Of a DNA stretch of 64,000 nucleotides, positions 52,526-62,517 are shown piece after piece. The stretch comes from Myxococcota bacterium. Lineage in GTDB: Bacteria > Myxococcota_A > UBA9042 > PHBI01 > JAWLBL01. Under the pieces are notes generated by a model that saw only the letters and a list, made by a program, of their open reading frames with translations, ran no database searches and was not told where the DNA came from. Made by a program: the position numbers and the translations under genes. Location: the NCBI GenBank assembly GCA_041687695.1, contig JAWLBL010000028.1, positions 1-64,000 on the forward strand, in the 5' to 3' direction. Numbering within the stretch: position 1 is the first letter of the stretch; each line of letters opens with the position of its first letter.

Positions 52526-53491
52526 GTGACCGCCCGCACCGACACCCACGATCACGGTCCGGGGGCCCACGGCCACGGCCACGGGCACCACCACGCGCAC
52601 GTCGGGCAGGTGCGCCAGCGCGCCCTGTGGATCGCGCTCGGCATCAACTTCGCCTTCATGCTGGTCGAGGTGGTCATCGGCCTGGTGACCGACTCGCTGG
52701 CCGTCCTGGGCGACGCCGGGCACATGCTGGCCGACGTCAGCGCGCTCGCCCTCGCCCTGGGCGCCGAGAAGATCTCCGCCCTCGAGGGCAGCCCGCGCCA
52801 CACCTTCGGCTACCGCCGCGCCCCGACCCTGGGCGCCTTCGGCAACGCCCTGACCATGCTGGTCGTCGCCGGCGTCCTCATCTACGGCGCCATCGAGCGC
52901 CTCGGCGCCCCGCCCGACATCCCGGCCGGCCCGGTCCTGGTCGTCGGCATCATCGGCCTCATCGTCAACCTGGCCAGCGCCTGGTACCTGCACCGCGAGG
53001 CCGGCGACAGCCACAACATCCGCGGCGCGATGCTCCACATGATGGGCGACGCCCTGGGCTCGCTGGGCGTCATCGTCAGCGCCATCGTCCTCGCCACCAC
53101 CGGCTGGACGCCCATCGACCCCCTGGTCACCCTGCTCATCGCGGTGCTCATCCTGATCGCCACCTGGCCCCTGCTGCGCGAGTCGGCCCTGTCGCTCATG
53201 CTGGTCTCGCCCAGCCGCGTCGACGTCGACGAGGTCCGCGCCGCCATCCTGGCGCACCCCGAGGTCAGCTGCCTCGAGGATCTCCACGTCTGGGAGCTCG
53301 ACGCCGGCTACGTCGTCCTGACCTCGACCCTCCACGTCGTCAGCGAGGACTTCGAGGCCCTCGAGCGCACCCGCGCCGCCCTGCACCACGAGCTCGAGAC
53401 GACCTGGGCCATCAACCACCTGACCCTCGAGCTCGTCCCCGAGCGCCACCGCCCGGACCACCCGCCGCGCCGCTGCATCGCGGGCCCCTGA
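52526..53491 (+). CDS. czcD: Cation diffusion facilitator (Co/Zn/Cd efflux, CzcD/ZitB-like)
   Basis: His-rich N-terminus; SLAVLGDAGHMLAD, HTFGYRR, NIRGAMLHMMGDALGS and DLHVWEL; GTG start inferred. Confidence 0.9.
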   Translation: MTARTDTHDHGPGAHGHGHGHHHAHVGQVRQRALWIALGINFAFMLVEVVIGLVTDSLAVLGDAGHMLADVSALALALGAEKISALEGSPRHTFGYRRAPTLGAFGNALTMLVVAGVLIYGAIERLGAPPDIPAGPVLVVGIIGLIVNLASAWYLHREAGDSHNIRGAMLHMMGDALGSLGVIVSAIVLATTGWTPIDPLVTLLIAVLILIATWPLLRESALSLMLVSPSRVDVDEVRAAILAHPEVSCLEDLHVWELDAGYVVLTSTLHVVSEDFEALERTRAALHHELETTWAINHLTLELVPERHRPDHPPRRCIAGP

Positions 53492-53557
53492 GGCTTCGCA
53501 ACTCCCCGTGGTGATTACGGTCTCAGCGCAAGCCCACCGTCACCCGGAGGAGACCCC

Positions 53558-53836
53558 ATGCCCATCCTCGTCATGCTCATCGTCGGCCTGGCCGTCGGCG
53601 TCGTCGGCAACTGGATGCTGCCGCGTCACTCGCAGGCCGGCATGCTCTCCACGATGATCTTCGCCTTCCTGGGCTCGTTCACCTTCGGCTTCCTGGGCGT
53701 CGCCCTGGGGCTGTACCCGACCATTGCGAGCCTCGCCGGCGTCGTCATGTCGACCGTCGGCGCGCTGCTGCTCGTGGGGGTCTACGCCCTGGTCATGCGC
53801 TCGGCCGTGTCGCGCCATCCACGCACGCCCGTGTGA
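53558..53836 (+). CDS. GlsB/YeaQ/YmgE (transglycosylase-associated) family small membrane protein
   Basis: 92 aa with three hydrophobic helices; LIVGLAVGVVGNWMLP and STVGALLL; GGAGGAG RBS. Confidence 0.75.
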   Translation: MPILVMLIVGLAVGVVGNWMLPRHSQAGMLSTMIFAFLGSFTFGFLGVALGLYPTIASLAGVVMSTVGALLLVGVYALVMRSAVSRHPRTPV

Positions 53837-53852
53837 CCGGGCCCGCGACGGC

Positions 53853-54236
53853 TCAGTGCAGGGCGTTGGGCATCGCCAGCGTGAACGGGGCGATGCGCGC
53901 GTCGAAGCCGTCGCCGTCGTCGCGGATCATCTGATAGCTGCCGTGCATGGACCCGACCGGCGTCGTCAGCGGGCAGGCGCTCGTGTACTCGAAGGCCTGC
54001 CCCGGCTCGAGGCGCGGCTGCTCGCCCACGACGCCCGGCCCCTCGACCTCTTCGACCTTGCCGTTGGCGTCGGTGATGATCCAGTGGCGCGACACCAGCT
54101 GCGCCGGCTCGTGGCCCTCGTTCGAGATCCGGATGCGGTACGCGAAGAAGTAGTAGTCGTCCTCGGGCGAGCTGCGCTCGGCGATGTACAGGCTCGAGAC
54201 CTGGACGCGGATGCCCTCGGTGGTGGTGTCGCTCAT
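53853..54236 (-). CDS. apaG: ApaG protein
   Basis: FFAYRIRISN, QLVSRHW.ITDA, EVEGPGVVGEQP, FEYTSAC.L.TP.GSM.GSY and IAPF.L; ATG 54236. Confidence 0.95.
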   Translation of the reverse strand: MSDTTTEGIRVQVSSLYIAERSSPEDDYYFFAYRIRISNEGHEPAQLVSRHWIITDANGKVEEVEGPGVVGEQPRLEPGQAFEYTSACPLTTPVGSMHGSYQMIRDDGDGFDARIAPFTLAMPNALH

Positions 54237-54372
54237 GGCGTGGCCATACCCCCGGGCCCGCGGCATGGCAACGCCTTTCCTCGACGACTCGGTGGCCCGT
54301 TCGCAACCGGGACCGCGCCCCGGTCCCGGATCCCCTTTACGCGAGGCGCCGGACGCGGCAGCTTTGTCCCCC

Positions 54373-56631
54373 ATGAAGCGGCCCCACCCAGCGCGTCTCG
54401 CGACCCTCGCCCCAATGGCCCTCGCGGCCCTGCTCGTGGCCGCCTGCGGCGACGGCGGGCAGGGCGGGCCCGACGACCTGCCGGACGCCAAGTCCGACAC
54501 CTCTCCGTTCGCCGACATCCTCGGCGACGGGCTGGGCGACAACGACCCGCCGGGGCCGGTCGAGATCGCCATCACCCCCGCCGAGCCCACGGCCGGCGAC
54601 GATCTGGTCGTCGAGATCACCGTCCCGGCCATCGATCCCGACGGCGGCCCGGACGAGGTGACCTACCGCTACGCGTGGTTCCGAGACGATCAGCCCACCC
54701 CCCACGGCGCCGCGACCCTGCCAGCGGCCGTCATCAAGCGCGACGAGGTCTGGCGGGTCGAGGTCCACGCCTTCGACGGCCTGGCCACCGGCCCCAAGGC
54801 CACCGCCGAGGTGACCATCGCCAACACGCCGCCGACCCTCGCCTCGGTCACCGCCGGCCCCGCCAACGCCACGACCGACTCGGTCCTGACCTGCCTCGCC
54901 GGCAACCGCTCCGACGCCGACGGCGACGACGTCTCGGTGGACTACGTCTGGACCAAGGACGGCGTGCTCATCGACGGCGAAACCCAGGCCGCCCTGCAGA
55001 TTCCGCTCACCGCCAACGCCGAGTACCGCTGCTGGGGCACGCCCTTCGACGGCGCGCTACACGGCGCCCAGGTCCCCTCGAACGCCGTCGTCCCCGTCGA
55101 CGTCATCCTCAGCAAGGGCCTGCTCCTGGTGCAGCCCAAGGCGCTGGACATGGGCACCGTGCTGCCGGGCGAGACCAGCACCCGCGTCGTCGTCCTCAAG
55201 AACATCGGCGACGGAGCCATCGAGCTGAACGGCGTGGGCTTCTCGGGCGACCTCGGGCTCTCGACCGACTTCGAGACCCCGGCCACGCTCGAGCCCGGCG
55301 CCCAGGTCGAGGCGACCATCACCTTCTCGACGGGCAGCCCCGGCCTGAAGAAGGGCACCGTCATCTTCGACAACACGGCCTCGAACTCCAACGCCGGCAC
55401 GGTCCCCTGGGTCGGCGTCGGCGCCGCGCCGTGCCTGACCGCCGCCCCCGCCGTCGTCGACTTCGGCGGCGCCTACCTCAACACCTTCAAGAACCAGCCG
55501 GTCACCATCACCTCGTGCGGGGCCCTGCCGCTGGTCATCGACTCGGCCACGCTGGTCGCCCCGGCCGGCACGCCCTTCGAACTCGACCTGTCGACCGGCC
55601 CTGGTCCCTTGCCGTGGACGCTGCAGGCCGGCGAGTCGGCCACCATCGGCGTCAAGTTCATGCCCAGCAAGGCCAGCCCCGTCGACGAGGACGGGCTGCC
55701 GCTGTCCGAGACGGCCCAGATCTCGTTCCTGACCAACGCCCCGAACCCGGTGTTCAACGTGCCGGTCACCGGCTTCGCCAGCGACGTCTCGTGCCCCATC
55801 CCGGTCATCGACATCGCCGAGGGCAAGGCCACCGCGCCGAACTCGACCGTGCACGCCTCGGGCCTGCCCAGCTTCTCGCCCGAGGGCACCCCCGACGTCT
55901 TCGCCTGGGCCATCGTCACCCCGGACGGCACGTCGCCCGGCCCGCTGCAGCCCGGCGCCGACGCGCCCGAGGTGACCTACCAGGTCGCAGGTCCCGGCAA
56001 CTATCGCTTCGATCTCAAGGTCTTCGACCTGGTCGACGGCGTCGTCAAGCCGTCGTGCACCACCGCGCAGAAGACCATCAAGGTCTCGACCGCCACCCCG
56101 CTCGTCGTCGAGCTGACCTGGCAGACGCCCGGTGACACCAACACCACCGACAAGGGCCCGGGGGCCAGCGCCGACCTGGATCTGCACCTGCTGCGCCACG
56201 ATCTGCCGTGGATCGGGACCGACTACGACGGCGACGGGCAGCCCGACGGCTGGTTCGACTTCGACGCCGACCTGTACTGGGTCGACACCAACCCGGACTG
56301 GGGGGCGCCGGGGCCCGAGGGCGACCCGCTGCTGACCAAGGAAGACGGAGAGGGCAAGGGCCCCGAGCGCATCGAGCACTTCAAGCCCGAGGCGGGCAGC
56401 TACACCATCGGCGTGCACTACTGGAGCGACTTCGGGTACGGCCCGAGCATCGTCCGGGTGCGCGTGCTGCACTATGGTGAGGTGGTCGGCGACTTCAAGG
56501 ACGTCGTGCTGTCGCACGGCGATCTGTGGGAGGTCGCGACGGTGGCGTGGCCCAAGGGCGCCGTGCAGGCGGCCGTCGGCGCCGAGGGCGGCCCCAAGGT
56601 CACGCCCGCGTACCCGAACCCCTTCCAGTGA
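54373..56631 (+). CDS. Multidomain surface lipoprotein: Ig-like repeats, choice-of-anchor D-like domains, PKD-like and C-terminal YfaP/DUF2135-like domain
   Basis: Signal peptide ending VAAC; DPDG..VTYRYAW and DADGDDVSVDYVW; QPKALDMG.V and PAVVDFG; VELTW...DLDLHL...GPERI...YTIGVHYW. Confidence 0.78.
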   Translation: MKRPHPARLATLAPMALAALLVAACGDGGQGGPDDLPDAKSDTSPFADILGDGLGDNDPPGPVEIAITPAEPTAGDDLVVEITVPAIDPDGGPDEVTYRYAWFRDDQPTPHGAATLPAAVIKRDEVWRVEVHAFDGLATGPKATAEVTIANTPPTLASVTAGPANATTDSVLTCLAGNRSDADGDDVSVDYVWTKDGVLIDGETQAALQIPLTANAEYRCWGTPFDGALHGAQVPSNAVVPVDVILSKGLLLVQPKALDMGTVLPGETSTRVVVLKNIGDGAIELNGVGFSGDLGLSTDFETPATLEPGAQVEATITFSTGSPGLKKGTVIFDNTASNSNAGTVPWVGVGAAPCLTAAPAVVDFGGAYLNTFKNQPVTITSCGALPLVIDSATLVAPAGTPFELDLSTGPGPLPWTLQAGESATIGVKFMPSKASPVDEDGLPLSETAQISFLTNAPNPVFNVPVTGFASDVSCPIPVIDIAEGKATAPNSTVHASGLPSFSPEGTPDVFAWAIVTPDGTSPGPLQPGADAPEVTYQVAGPGNYRFDLKVFDLVDGVVKPSCTTAQKTIKVSTATPLVVELTWQTPGDTNTTDKGPGASADLDLHLLRHDLPWIGTDYDGDGQPDGWFDFDADLYWVDTNPDWGAPGPEGDPLLTKEDGEGKGPERIEHFKPEAGSYTIGVHYWSDFGYGPSIVRVRVLHYGEVVGDFKDVVLSHGDLWEVATVAWPKGAVQAAVGAEGGPKVTPAYPNPFQ

Positions 56632-56715
56632 GCCGCCCCGGCCCGACCGGAGCGTGGTGACTGGAAGGTCGAGCCCTCGTCGGCCGCCGCCGCGGCCCCG
56701 GACCCGGACAGCGCC

Positions 56716-58326
56716 TTGGCCCGTCGCCTCTTCGTCGCCTGCAGCGTCGCCGCCCTCGTCGCCATCTGGGTGGCCGGCTGGTTTTCGCCGCCGACCTTGT
56801 GGTCCCTCGTGGTCGTGGGGCCCCTCATCCTGGTCGGCTTCGTCGACATGCAGCAGACCGCGCGGCCGCTGCGCCGCAACTACCCGCTGGTCGGCCGGCT
56901 GCGCGACGTCGCCGAGAGCATCCGCCCGCAGATCCGGCAGTACTTCGTCGAGTCCGACACCGACGCGCGCCCCTTCAGCCGCGAGGTGCGCCAGCTGGTG
57001 CAGCGGCGCGCCCAGGGCGTGCAGGACACCATCGCCTTCGGCGCCCAGCGCGACGTCGAGGCGGTCGGCCACGAGTGGCTCGAGCACGCCCTGGTCCCGC
57101 GGGCGCCGCTGACGGCGCACCCGCGTCTTCTGATCGGGGGACAGGGCGTGGCTCGTGGCGCGGCTCCGGGCGCGGCGACCTGCACCAAGCCCTACATGAG
57201 CGCGCTGCTGAACACGGCGGCGATGAGCTACGGGACGCTCAGCCCGCAGGCGCTGCGCGCGCTGAGCAAGGCGGCGGCGCTGGGCGGCTTCGCCTTCAAC
57301 ACGGGCGAGGGCGGGCTGAGCCCCGACCATCTGTCGGGCGGCGGAGACGTCGTGTGGCAGATCGGCACGGGGTACTTCGGCTGCCGTAACGCCAAGGGCG
57401 AGCTGGATCTGGGCCTGTTCGCCGACAAGGCCGCGCACGAGCAGGTGCGCATGATCGAGCTGAAGCTGTCGCAGGGGGCCAAGCCGGGCCACGGCGGCAT
57501 CCTGCCGGCGGCCAAGGTGACGCCCGAGGTGGCGCGGGTGCTGGGGGTCCCGGTGGGGCAGGACGTCGTCACGCCGCCGGCGCACTCGGCGTTCTCGACG
57601 CCGCTGGGGCTGCTCGAGCTGGTGGCGCGGCTGCGCGAGCTGTCGGGCGGCAAGCCGGTCGGGGTCAAGCTGTGCGTCGGGTCGCGGAGGGACCTGGCGG
57701 CGCTGGGCAAGGCGATGGTCCAGACGGGGGTCACGCCGGACTTCATCTCGGTCGACGGCAGCGAGGGCGGCACCGGCGCGGCGCCCTTCGAGTTGGCCAA
57801 CGCGGTCGGGACGCCGCTGCGAGAGGGGCTGGCCCTGGCGCATCAGCTGCTGGTCGGCTTCGATCTGCGCGCGCGGGTACACCTGGTCGCCAGCGGGCGC
57901 ATCGCCACGGCCTTCGACATGGCGCGCGCGATGGCGCTGGGGGCGGACGTGTGCGCCTCGGCGCGCGCGATGATGATGGCGATGGGGTGCGTGCAGGCCT
58001 TGCGCTGCGACGACAACACCTGCCCGCTGGGCATCGCCACCCAGGACCCGCGCCTGGCGGCGGCGCTGGACGTCGACGTGGCGGCCGAGCGCATCGCCCG
58101 CTATCAGGCTGCGACCCTGGACGCGCTGCTCGAGCTGGTCGCCGCGGCCGGGTTGAACCACCCGAACGAGCTGCGCCCGCACCACCTGATGCGCCGGGTC
58201 GACCCGACCGCGGTCCGCAGCTACGCCGAGCTGTATCCGCCGCTCGAGCCCGGCGCCCTGCGCGGACGCGACCTGCCGCCCGCGTGGAAGGCCGCGGTCG
58301 AGGCCGCCTCCGCCGCCTCGTTCTGA
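56716..58326 (+). CDS. FMN-binding glutamate synthase family protein (stand-alone, N-terminal TM)
   Basis: AMSYGTLS, NTGEGG, WQIGTGYFGCR, ELKLSQGAKPGHGG, DGSEGGTGAAP and CVQALRCDDNTCP.GIATQ; TTG start. Confidence 0.9.
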   Translation: MARRLFVACSVAALVAIWVAGWFSPPTLWSLVVVGPLILVGFVDMQQTARPLRRNYPLVGRLRDVAESIRPQIRQYFVESDTDARPFSREVRQLVQRRAQGVQDTIAFGAQRDVEAVGHEWLEHALVPRAPLTAHPRLLIGGQGVARGAAPGAATCTKPYMSALLNTAAMSYGTLSPQALRALSKAAALGGFAFNTGEGGLSPDHLSGGGDVVWQIGTGYFGCRNAKGELDLGLFADKAAHEQVRMIELKLSQGAKPGHGGILPAAKVTPEVARVLGVPVGQDVVTPPAHSAFSTPLGLLELVARLRELSGGKPVGVKLCVGSRRDLAALGKAMVQTGVTPDFISVDGSEGGTGAAPFELANAVGTPLREGLALAHQLLVGFDLRARVHLVASGRIATAFDMARAMALGADVCASARAMMMAMGCVQALRCDDNTCPLGIATQDPRLAAALDVDVAAERIARYQAATLDALLELVAAAGLNHPNELRPHHLMRRVDPTAVRSYAELYPPLEPGALRGRDLPPAWKAAVEAASAASF

Positions 58327-58367
58327 CGGGGCTTGCCAGCGGGGGCGGCGCGCCGCATCGTGCGCGC

Positions 58368-59252
58368 ATGCCGAGGTTCGTCGCCGCCACCGAAACGACC
58401 CTGCTGCCGGCCCTGCAGGGCTGGCTCGAGGGCTGGAAGAAGACCACCGTCAAGGAGCGCCTGCGCCACGGCGCCGTGCGCGTCAACGAGCACGTCGTGA
58501 CCCACCCGGCGACGCCGCTGCGGCCGGGCGACGTGGTCGAGGTCGACGACGCGCGCCAGCGCCGCGACCCGTCGCGCCGCGATCGGCATGGGATCGGGCT
58601 GCTCTACGACGACCCGGATCTAGCGGTGATCGACAAGCCGGCGGGGCTGCTGACGGTCGCGACGGCGCGCGAGGTCGAGCGGACGGTCATGGTGCTGGTC
58701 GCCGAGCGGCTGCGCGCGGAGGGCACGTTCAAGGGCCGCCTGCATGCGGTGCACCGGCTGGACCGCGAGACCTCGGGCCTGCTCATCGTCGCCAAGAACG
58801 CCGAGGTCCGGGCCGGCTTCCGAGAGATCTGGCCGACGGTCGAGAAGACCTATGTCGCGCTGGTGCACGGCGTCCCGAACCCGCCCGCGCGAACGGTGAC
58901 CCTGCAGCTGGTCGAGGGCCAGGACATGCGCGTCCGCGTCGCCCCCGGGCACCCCGAGGCGCGGGAGGCGGTCACCCATTTCGACACCCTGGAGGTCGCG
59001 GGCGACTTCGCCCGTCTGGACGTGCGCCTGGGGACCGGCCGCAAGCACCAGATCCGCGTGAGCTTGGCGGCGCTGGGGCACCCCATCGTAGGCGACGCCT
59101 TCTACGGCGTCGACGACCCCGGCCTGGGTCGTCTGGGCCTGCACGCGTGGCGGCTGTCGTTCAGACACCCGCGCACGGGCCAGGCCCTGACCTTCGAGAG
59201 CCCGCTGCCGCCCCAGTTCGAGCGCTTCATGCGCGCGCGGCGCGCCCGCTGA
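58368..59252 (+). CDS. RluA family pseudouridine synthase with N-terminal S4-like domain
   Basis: DKPAGLL, VHRLDRETSG, TGRKHQIR and HPIVGD.FYG. Confidence 0.92.
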   Translation: MPRFVAATETTLLPALQGWLEGWKKTTVKERLRHGAVRVNEHVVTHPATPLRPGDVVEVDDARQRRDPSRRDRHGIGLLYDDPDLAVIDKPAGLLTVATAREVERTVMVLVAERLRAEGTFKGRLHAVHRLDRETSGLLIVAKNAEVRAGFREIWPTVEKTYVALVHGVPNPPARTVTLQLVEGQDMRVRVAPGHPEAREAVTHFDTLEVAGDFARLDVRLGTGRKHQIRVSLAALGHPIVGDAFYGVDDPGLGRLGLHAWRLSFRHPRTGQALTFESPLPPQFERFMRARRAR

Positions 59253-59284
59253 GGGACCCCAGCCGGGCGCGTCGGTGGGTGCGG

Positions 59285-60469
59285 TCAGTCCGCCGGCGGG
59301 CAGCCGAACAGGCCCTTGGCGCACACGCGGTAGCCCTGGGACGGGTAGTAGTAGGCCCACAGGAAGCACATCTCCTTGTTGGCCGACTCGCCGAAGCCGA
59401 TGGTCTTGTTGGTCGTGTTGTCCCAGGTGCAGCGGAAGCGCAGGCCCAGGCCGCTGGGGAACTCGACCGGCGGGTCGAAGCCGACCAACGGGGGCTCGGC
59501 CCAGTCGAAGGCCTCATCGGCCGGGTACAGCGCCGTGCCGGGGTCGTCCACACCGGTCGAGGCGCTGATCTCGACGTTGGTGCCGTACTGGTGCGTGTGG
59601 GCCGTCAGGCCGAACACCTTGGAGCCGTTGGGCACGTCGACCCAGGTCCACGGAAGCGTGGTCGTCTGGTTCGGCTTCAGCGAGAACTGGGTGTTGCCGT
59701 AGAACAAGAAGTCGGCCAGCTCGTACTGGCCGGTCGGGTCGGCCTCCTCGAAGGTGACGACCGCGTTGGTGACGATGTCCTCGGGGTAGTAGTTCAGGTA
59801 GTGGGCCTCGAGCCGTACCATCTGGTTGGCGCCCAGCTCGAACACGACCCCGTCGGGCAGCTGCAGCGTCTCTTCGGGGATCTGCGTAATCATCAGCGGC
59901 ACGCTGCCCCCCGACAGGGTGCTGGTGAAGGGCGTGCAGTTGAACGGGGTCGGCTTCTCGGTGGTCTCGTTGGACCGATAGACGATGAGGTGGTGCGACC
60001 CCGGCGACAGCTTGGTGTGGATGGCCCGCACCTTGATGGCCGTCGGGTTGTCGAGCCGGACGACCACGCACTTGGTCGCCTCTTCGCCGGGGGTCATCGT
60101 CCAGCCGCCGATGGCGGTCTGAACGCCCTCGGGTGGCGTCACCGCGTCGGGCGTGCTGGCGTCCGCGTCGGGAACGCTGGCGTCTGCGTCGGGAACGCTG
60201 GCGTCCGCGTCGCCCTCGGACGCATCCGGCACCACGACGTCAGGCACGGCCGTGTCGGGCCCCTCGCCGTCGTCCGCCGCGTCCGGGACCTCGGCGTCGG
60301 GCTGGGCGTCCGGCGCGACCGTCGAGTCCCCGGCGCTGTCCGCCTCGGCGACTTCCTGCGCCGCGTCACCGGTCACATCGGCGTCGGCGGCCCCCGGGGT
60401 GGTGGTCCCTTCGTCCCCGCAGCCCATGGCGACCAGCGCCAACAACACACCCAAGCCCCAATGCTTCAT
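59285..60469 (-). CDS. Lipoprotein with copper type II ascorbate-dependent monooxygenase (PHM/DBH-like) domain
   Basis: Signal peptide ending AMGC; Asp/Ala linker; SHHLIVY, LEAHYLN, HTHQYG and EMC, matching the HH/H and HxH/M copper ligands. Confidence 0.8.
   Translation of the reverse strand: MKHWGLGVLLALVAMGCGDEGTTTPGAADADVTGDAAQEVAEADSAGDSTVAPDAQPDAEVPDAADDGEGPDTAVPDVVVPDASEGDADASVPDADASVPDADASTPDAVTPPEGVQTAIGGWTMTPGEEATKCVVVRLDNPTAIKVRAIHTKLSPGSHHLIVYRSNETTEKPTPFNCTPFTSTLSGGSVPLMITQIPEETLQLPDGVVFELGANQMVRLEAHYLNYYPEDIVTNAVVTFEEADPTGQYELADFLFYGNTQFSLKPNQTTTLPWTWVDVPNGSKVFGLTAHTHQYGTNVEISASTGVDDPGTALYPADEAFDWAEPPLVGFDPPVEFPSGLGLRFRCTWDNTTNKTIGFGESANKEMCFLWAYYYPSQGYRVCAKGLFGCPPAD
60145..60212. 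repeat. 21-bp coding tandem repeat (DADASVP, about 3 copies) in the monooxygenase linker
   Basis: CGTCGGGAACGCTGGCGTC(T/C)G repeated in tandem. Confidence 0.7.
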
Positions 60470-60538
60470 CGTCGGCCCTCCCGCGGCAGCGAACCCATAT
60501 CTTGCACGGCGCCGTGGCCGGTCGCAACCGCGCGCGTG

Positions 60539-62122
60539 TCAACGGCGGCGGTAGACGTCGAAGGTGCCGACGGCCGGCCGCGGCTCGTACGCGCGGAAGA
60601 GGGCCTCGAAGCGAGGGTCGGTCAGGAAGTAGTCGAGGTAGTCGAAGCGGGTCGCGCCGAAGCCCTGCTTGTGGGGGGCGCGGTGGTTCAGGATGAGGCG
60701 CGGCCGGTCGCGGGTGAGGTCCGCGACGACGGCGTCGACGAAGGCGCGCTCGGTGGGGCCGCGGTCGGCGAGGGGGCGGTAGGGGAAGGGGCGCGCGTCG
60801 GCCGGCGCGTCGGCGTACAAGCCCGGCGCCGGCCACAGGCAGCTGAAGCGCGAGGCCGAGCGGACGCCGGCCAGGTTGATGGCCGGGTAGGCCGGCGGGA
60901 CGGAGGAGGACATGACGAAGACGGCCTCGCCGGGGGCTTCGGCGCGAAACAGCTGGGCCAGGCGGGCGGCGGCCGTGGCCTGCGCGGGGCGGGCGGCGTA
61001 TCCGGCGGCGGAGACGGCGCCCAGGGCGGCGGCCACGACGAGCAGCAGGGCGGGGCGCATGGAGGCGGGCACGCGCAAGAGCGCGTCCCAGGTCGGGCCG
61101 TCGATGCCGAGCAGGAGGATGGCGAGTAGCAGCGCCGTCAAGACGCCGGCGGGGATGAAGTGGTAGCTGAAGCCCATGCCCTGGACGTGGACGACGGCGT
61201 AGCCGGCCAGGGCCGCAAGCAGCAGGGCTCGGGCCAGCGGGGCGACGGCCGGCGGCTGGCGGACGACCAGCGCGAGGGTGCCCGCCAGGGCCAGGGCGGC
61301 CGCGGCGGCGTTCGGCCAGGGGACGCCTTCGGCGTAGGCGCCGTAGAGTGAGGCAGCGACCTGCGCGGCTTCGAGCCAGCCCGGGGTGAAGACAAGGACC
61401 GCTGCGACGTACAGGGCGCCGGCGGCGGCGATGATCTGGTTGTCGCGCCGCGCGAGGGCGCCGCGCAGACCGTGGCGCGGGCCCGCGGGGGACGCCGCCA
61501 GCCAGGCTTCGGCCAGCAGCCAGACCAGGGCATAGAAGGGTTTGAGCGCGATGGCCACGGCGGCGGCGAAGGCGAGGGCGGCGCGGGCGCGGGGGGCTGG
61601 GGAGCGCCCGGTGGCGGTCAGGCCGACGGCGGTGACGTAGGGGACGAGGAGGGCGGCGACCAGGTGGTCGCGTTGGCCGAAGCTGGCCTGGGGGAGGACG
61701 AGCAAGGCGGTGAGCGCGGCGCCCGTGGCGGCCATGGCGGGGGCCCGGCGCCAGGTGCCCGCGCCCGTCAGCAGGCGGTAGAGGGCGAAGGCGACGCCGG
61801 CGCACAGGGCGAGGGTCACGGCGTCCCAGGCCACCAGCGGCGGGACGCCCAGCGCGCGGGCGAGCCCGACCACCGGCACCGACAGCCAGTAGATGAGGGG
61901 CGGGTTGTTGTCGAAGACGTGGCGCGGGATGGACCCGCCGTCCAGCAGGCGGCCGGCGGCCTCGAGGGTCCAGCCCACGTCGTGGTTGAAGACCCCCATC
62001 GCGGCCCTGGTGACTACCGAAGCGACCGCGGCCAGCGCTGCGACCACCAGCAGCCCCGCCTCGAGCCTGGCGCGGGCCTCGGTCCGGGCGGGGGACGGCG
62101 GGGACGGGGGGCCTTCGGGCAT
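60539..62122 (-). CDS. Polytopic membrane protein, GT-C-like
   Basis: First-loop FNHDVGW and DNNPPL, FGQRDH, many TM segments and a soluble C-terminal domain; start 62122 or 62158. Confidence 0.7.
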   Translation of the reverse strand: MPEGPPSPPSPARTEARARLEAGLLVVAALAAVASVVTRAAMGVFNHDVGWTLEAAGRLLDGGSIPRHVFDNNPPLIYWLSVPVVGLARALGVPPLVAWDAVTLALCAGVAFALYRLLTGAGTWRRAPAMAATGAALTALLVLPQASFGQRDHLVAALLVPYVTAVGLTATGRSPAPRARAALAFAAAVAIALKPFYALVWLLAEAWLAASPAGPRHGLRGALARRDNQIIAAAGALYVAAVLVFTPGWLEAAQVAASLYGAYAEGVPWPNAAAAALALAGTLALVVRQPPAVAPLARALLLAALAGYAVVHVQGMGFSYHFIPAGVLTALLLAILLLGIDGPTWDALLRVPASMRPALLLVVAAALGAVSAAGYAARPAQATAAARLAQLFRAEAPGEAVFVMSSSVPPAYPAINLAGVRSASRFSCLWPAPGLYADAPADARPFPYRPLADRGPTERAFVDAVVADLTRDRPRLILNHRAPHKQGFGATRFDYLDYFLTDPRFEALFRAYEPRPAVGTFDVYRRR

Positions 62123-62207
62123 CGGGGCGCTCGCTCGCAACGCCTCGGACCGTACCACGCCCCCCAGCCGCCGTCGACGCGCTCCCGCGGGTGGCCAGGA
62201 CTAGCCG

Positions 62208-62517
62208 CTGGGACCGCCGGCTTCCAGAGGGCGTCGCAGAAGGCCAACCGGAGTGCTCCACCTTGGTGGAGCCCCCATCCGGCGCAGCTTGCTGCGCCGG
62301 ATTTGGTGGGAGGATCCCGGCGGCAAGCCGCCGGGGCCGGGGCTCCAGCAAGCTGGAGCACTCCAAGACAGCCTCTTCCGGCATCCCGTACGACACCCTT
62401 CCAGCCGGCTCGAATCTCCGCCCGACCCAGCACCTGCCCCCCTGGGATCGCCGGCTTCCAGTCGGCCCGAATCTCCGCCCGTCCCAGCACCGGCCTCCCT
62501 GGGATCGCCGGCTTCCA
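62208..62517 (+). repeat. Cluster of three REP-like units CTGGGA(T/C)CGCCGGCTTCCAG(C/T)CGGC in 57-bp tandem repeats
   Basis: Units start at 62208 (interrupted), 62442 and 62499 (interrupted); spacer CGAATCTCCGCCCG.CCCAGCACC is repeated. The same unit occurs in reverse at 1-17 and at 24-34 plus 208-226. Confidence 0.8.
62227..62398. mobile_element. 172-bp MITE-like element, inverted homolog of 35-207
   Basis: Begins GAGGGCGTCG and ends CGACACCC; flanked by TTCCA at 62222-62226 and 62399-62403; palindromes at 62255-62272, 62281-62298, 62317-62334 and 62342-62359. Confidence 0.75.

Noticed and set aside
62399..62517. 57-bp periodic repeat as a CRISPR array
   Set aside because: The spacers are near-identical to each other, there are only 2-3 units and no cas genes; it fits a REP cluster.
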